Shown here piece after piece: positions 61,717 through 64,000 of a stretch of DNA of 64,000 nucleotides. The stretch is from contig JBIOZG010000032.1 in assembly GCA_044870765.1 (NCBI GenBank), forward strand, positions 1-64,000, given 5' to 3'. Position 1 is the stretch's first letter. Each line of letters starts with the position of its first letter. The notes under the pieces were generated by a model. It made no database searches. It was not told where the DNA came from and saw only the letters and a list, made by a program, of their open reading frames with translations. A program made the translations under genes and the position numbers. The DNA is from Nitrososphaeraceae archaeon. GTDB taxonomy: Archaea; Thermoproteota; Nitrososphaeria; Nitrososphaerales; Nitrososphaeraceae.

Positions 61717-62664
61717 TCATAAGGGAGGAAATGCTCCGCAGGTATAACAATACTTGGGATACGTCAAGCAGGAGCAGCAAAACGAACATCGATTTGTATC
61801 ACACGACTCTTTTGCAGGACTTCCAAAAAATGATTCATAAACCCTGTAATAATAGAGATGCTCCTTATTTTTCACTTTGACTTTGTCTACGAGGACACGT
61901 TCTGATTCGTTTTTAAATTCTTCATCATCTATTAGGTCGTGAAACTTGACTGAGATTTTTTCAAAGTCCGAACCTTGTTCTAAAGCCATCTTGTTTCTCC
62001 AAACTGTCGACCCAAGCTCTTCTACAAACGTTTTTCTTAGAATGAACTTTCCCCACTTCTTGTTTTCAAATTCTCCGACCTTTTCATTAATTCCAATCGA
62101 AGTGGCCATGTCGTAAAGTGGTTTTTCCAAAAATGGTGTGTTGACCACTACGCCCAATGTTTCTCCTATTTTTCGTGAAGAGAATCTCATTATAGTCCAC
62201 AGATCCTCCAAAATTAACTGTAATTTTCGCAAGTTTGAGAAGTACCTGTGCAAGTAGTTGTATCCGGCGAATAATTCATCAGCACCATCCCCTGTGACTA
62301 TGCTCCTGAAACCTTGATTTTTTGAAGTTTTTATACCAAAATATATGACAGCTGAATTCCTTATTTCCAAAGGATCGAATGTCTTGAAAGTTTTAACAAT
62401 ATGTGGTACTGCCTTCACAATATCATCAAAATCTACAACACATTCAATATGATTTTCGCTATATTTTCTTGCGATTTTTCTTGCATGCGCCAGATCTGTT
62501 GAATCAGTTCCTAAAGACGTCACAATGCTTAGTTTAGGTTTCATTAAACAAGCCAGGATACTGCTATCTAATCCACCAGACAAGAGCAAAGAACTATCAG
62601 AGTATTTATTCACAATATCTTTTAGCTTTTCTCTTAGTGCTCTTTGAATTAATGAAAGCGACAA
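61717..62664 (-). CDS. Asparagine-synthase C-terminal-domain protein (no glutaminase domain)
   Basis: LLSGGLDS, TGDGADELFAGY, PFL, K.ILR; C-terminal Cys cluster. Confidence 0.85.
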   Translation of the reverse strand: MSLSLIQRALREKLKDIVNKYSDSSLLLSGGLDSSILACLMKPKLSIVTSLGTDSTDLAHARKIARKYSENHIECVVDFDDIVKAVPHIVKTFKTFDPLEIRNSAVIYFGIKTSKNQGFRSIVTGDGADELFAGYNYLHRYFSNLRKLQLILEDLWTIMRFSSRKIGETLGVVVNTPFLEKPLYDMATSIGINEKVGEFENKKWGKFILRKTFVEELGSTVWRNKMALEQGSDFEKISVKFHDLIDDEEFKNESERVLVDKVKVKNKEHLYYYRVYESFFGSPAKESCDTNRCSFCCSCLTYPKYCYTCGAFPPL

Positions 62665-62718
62665 TATTTGATATGACTAGTGGTATATGCAAATAAAAAT
62701 TTGGCTATGAATATGAAT

Positions 62719-62967
62719 TCATTTCATTGCAGCTGTTCCATTGTGTTCACGTAGCAGTTCCAAACCTTCCTTCGTGATGTAGTACTGCTTGGATTTTTTT
62801 ATAACGTAACGAACCATTCTACCAAGATGATAGTAAATTGAACCCGTGGACAGATCCGTCGCATATTTTATTTCAGTAAATCCGGCTGATCCATCACTGT
62901 CAACAATTGCCTGCAAAATTTTTATTCGTGTTCTCCTCGCACGGAGCTGTGTTTCACCTATCAACAA
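62719..62967 (-). CDS. Winged-helix (ArsR-like) transcriptional regulator
   Basis: RIKIL, FTEI...LSTGSIYYHL, YYITKEG. Confidence 0.8.
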   Translation of the reverse strand: MLIGETQLRARRTRIKILQAIVDSDGSAGFTEIKYATDLSTGSIYYHLGRMVRYVIKKSKQYYITKEGLELLREHNGTAAMK

Positions 62968-63135
62968 AAATTTTATGTTAATAAATTATTTATGCCTTTC
63001 TGAATAATTAATTTAAAATAATTGCTAAAAATGAATTCTTTCGTCAATATAAAAGAATTTGTTGTTCTATAGTATATGATTTGACCAATTAGATGAGCAC
63101 AGGTATAAATAGAAACAGTATATTACTACACTTTA

Positions 63136-63282
63136 ATGCCGGTTGATCCTGTATGTGGAATTGAAATGGATGAAGATCTCGCTACTATCCACGAGTACGA
63201 TGGAAAAAAATACTATTTTTGCTGTGAGGGTTGTAAGAGCATATTCTCAAGAAAACCTGGTAAATATTCAAAAAGACAATAA
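63136..63282 (+). CDS. YHS/TRASH domain protein, 48 aa
   Basis: Below the ORF-track cutoff. Manual translation: MPVDPVCGIEMDEDLATIHEYDGKKYYFCCEGCKSIFSRKPGKYSKRQ; TATA-like GTATAAATA about 30 nt upstream. Confidence 0.88.
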   Translation: MPVDPVCGIEMDEDLATIHEYDGKKYYFCCEGCKSIFSRKPGKYSKRQ

Positions 63283-63373
63283 ATCCTAATTGAACATTGT
63301 TATATGAATTAGTTTTTCTAGTCATAACTAATTAACCTAGCAAAAGATATTCGATACTGTTAGCTATTTACCA

Positions 63374-63559
63374 TTGTCATATTACAATATTGAACTTGTA
63401 TGCAACAAGTGTGGGAACTTGAATAACAGGATATCAAACTTGAAATCTGTTCGTGATATGTTAAAGCCTTTAAACAGTATGTGCAAAGGTTGTGGAATCT
63501 CACTAAATCCCTTTGACTTCTCTATATCTGCTGAAAGAAGATATGAGAAGTTTGTCTAG
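63374..63559 (+). CDS. Small zinc-finger protein
   Basis: CNKCG...CKGCG. Confidence 0.65.
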   Translation: MSYYNIELVCNKCGNLNNRISNLKSVRDMLKPLNSMCKGCGISLNPFDFSISAERRYEKFV

Positions 63560-63630
63560 ATAAACCGAGCTATTTATTTTGAATAATTAATTAAGTACTA
63601 TGGGTATTCAAAATAAATTATCTACCGATG

Positions 63631-64000
63631 TTATCTACTTCGAGGACTCAAGTGTTCAAATTCATTTTCATTTCTAATTTTATAATAAGAATCTGCAACA
63701 TTGGTAAACAATCCAACTTCAATTACTCCGGGAATATTTTTCAAGTCCCTTTCTGAGATTTTTAAATTATCATATTTTGGTAACAATGTGTCGTAAATAA
63801 TATTGCCATTTTCACTTATGAATGGATAACCCTTATCAAGTAAACGTAGAGTTGGCGAACAGCCCATTTTCTCTAGTTTCTCAAATACGTAATTTCTTCC
63901 AAACGGGGTAACCTCAATTGGAACTGGCATGTTTAGTGTCTCAACAAACTTGCTAGATTGAGCAAAAATTACAAATTTTTGTGATGATGAAATTAGTATT
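63631..64000 (-). CDS. rpiA: Ribose-5-phosphate isomerase A, 3' part (runs off the right edge)
   Basis: SSKFV..L..PVPIEVTPF, SENGNIIYD, IPGVIEVGLF; the frame is open to the window end. Confidence 0.9.
   Translation of the reverse strand, partial: ILISSSQKFVIFAQSSKFVETLNMPVPIEVTPFGRNYVFEKLEKMGCSPTLRLLDKGYPFISENGNIIYDTLLPKYDNLKISERDLKNIPGVIEVGLFTNVADSYYKIRNENEFEHLSPRSR

Overview
AT-rich (roughly one-third GC by eye) archaeal window that reads as a soil ammonia-oxidising thaumarchaeon (Nitrososphaeraceae-like). The basis is an unsplit RNA polymerase subunit A (Rpo1) in an rpoH-rpoB-rpoA-rpl30e-nusA-rps12-rps7 cluster, plus the three-subunit acetyl/propionyl-CoA carboxylase of the 3HP/4HB cycle. 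Layout: (1) 1-9 kb, a phosphate uptake cluster (pstSCAB, phoU, AbrB-PhoU regulator) with a secreted nuclease and a PHP phosphoesterase; (2) 9-29 kb, an accessory region of secreted proteases, repeat-rich exported proteins, an MBL-hydrolase/protealysin/emfourin set, three paralogous 'W..W...IP' proteins and two paralogous ~10-TM 'YPPFGL' membrane proteins; (3) 29-48 kb, core genes (RNAP, ribosomal proteins, RFC, carboxylase, larE/larC); (4) 48-56 kb, a probable surface-polysaccharide locus; (5) 56-64 kb, housekeeping genes (proS, nadE, thrC, rpiA). I recognised no tRNA, rRNA, CRISPR array, transposase or integrase. The best candidates for undescribed biology are the 20.5-24.9 kb module (one exported and two cytoplasmic paralogues beside a receptor-like membrane protein), a divergent isoprenyl-synthase-fold protein after rps7, and a candidate archaeal PHO-box palindrome. 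All family assignments come from reading motifs by eye; no database search was run.
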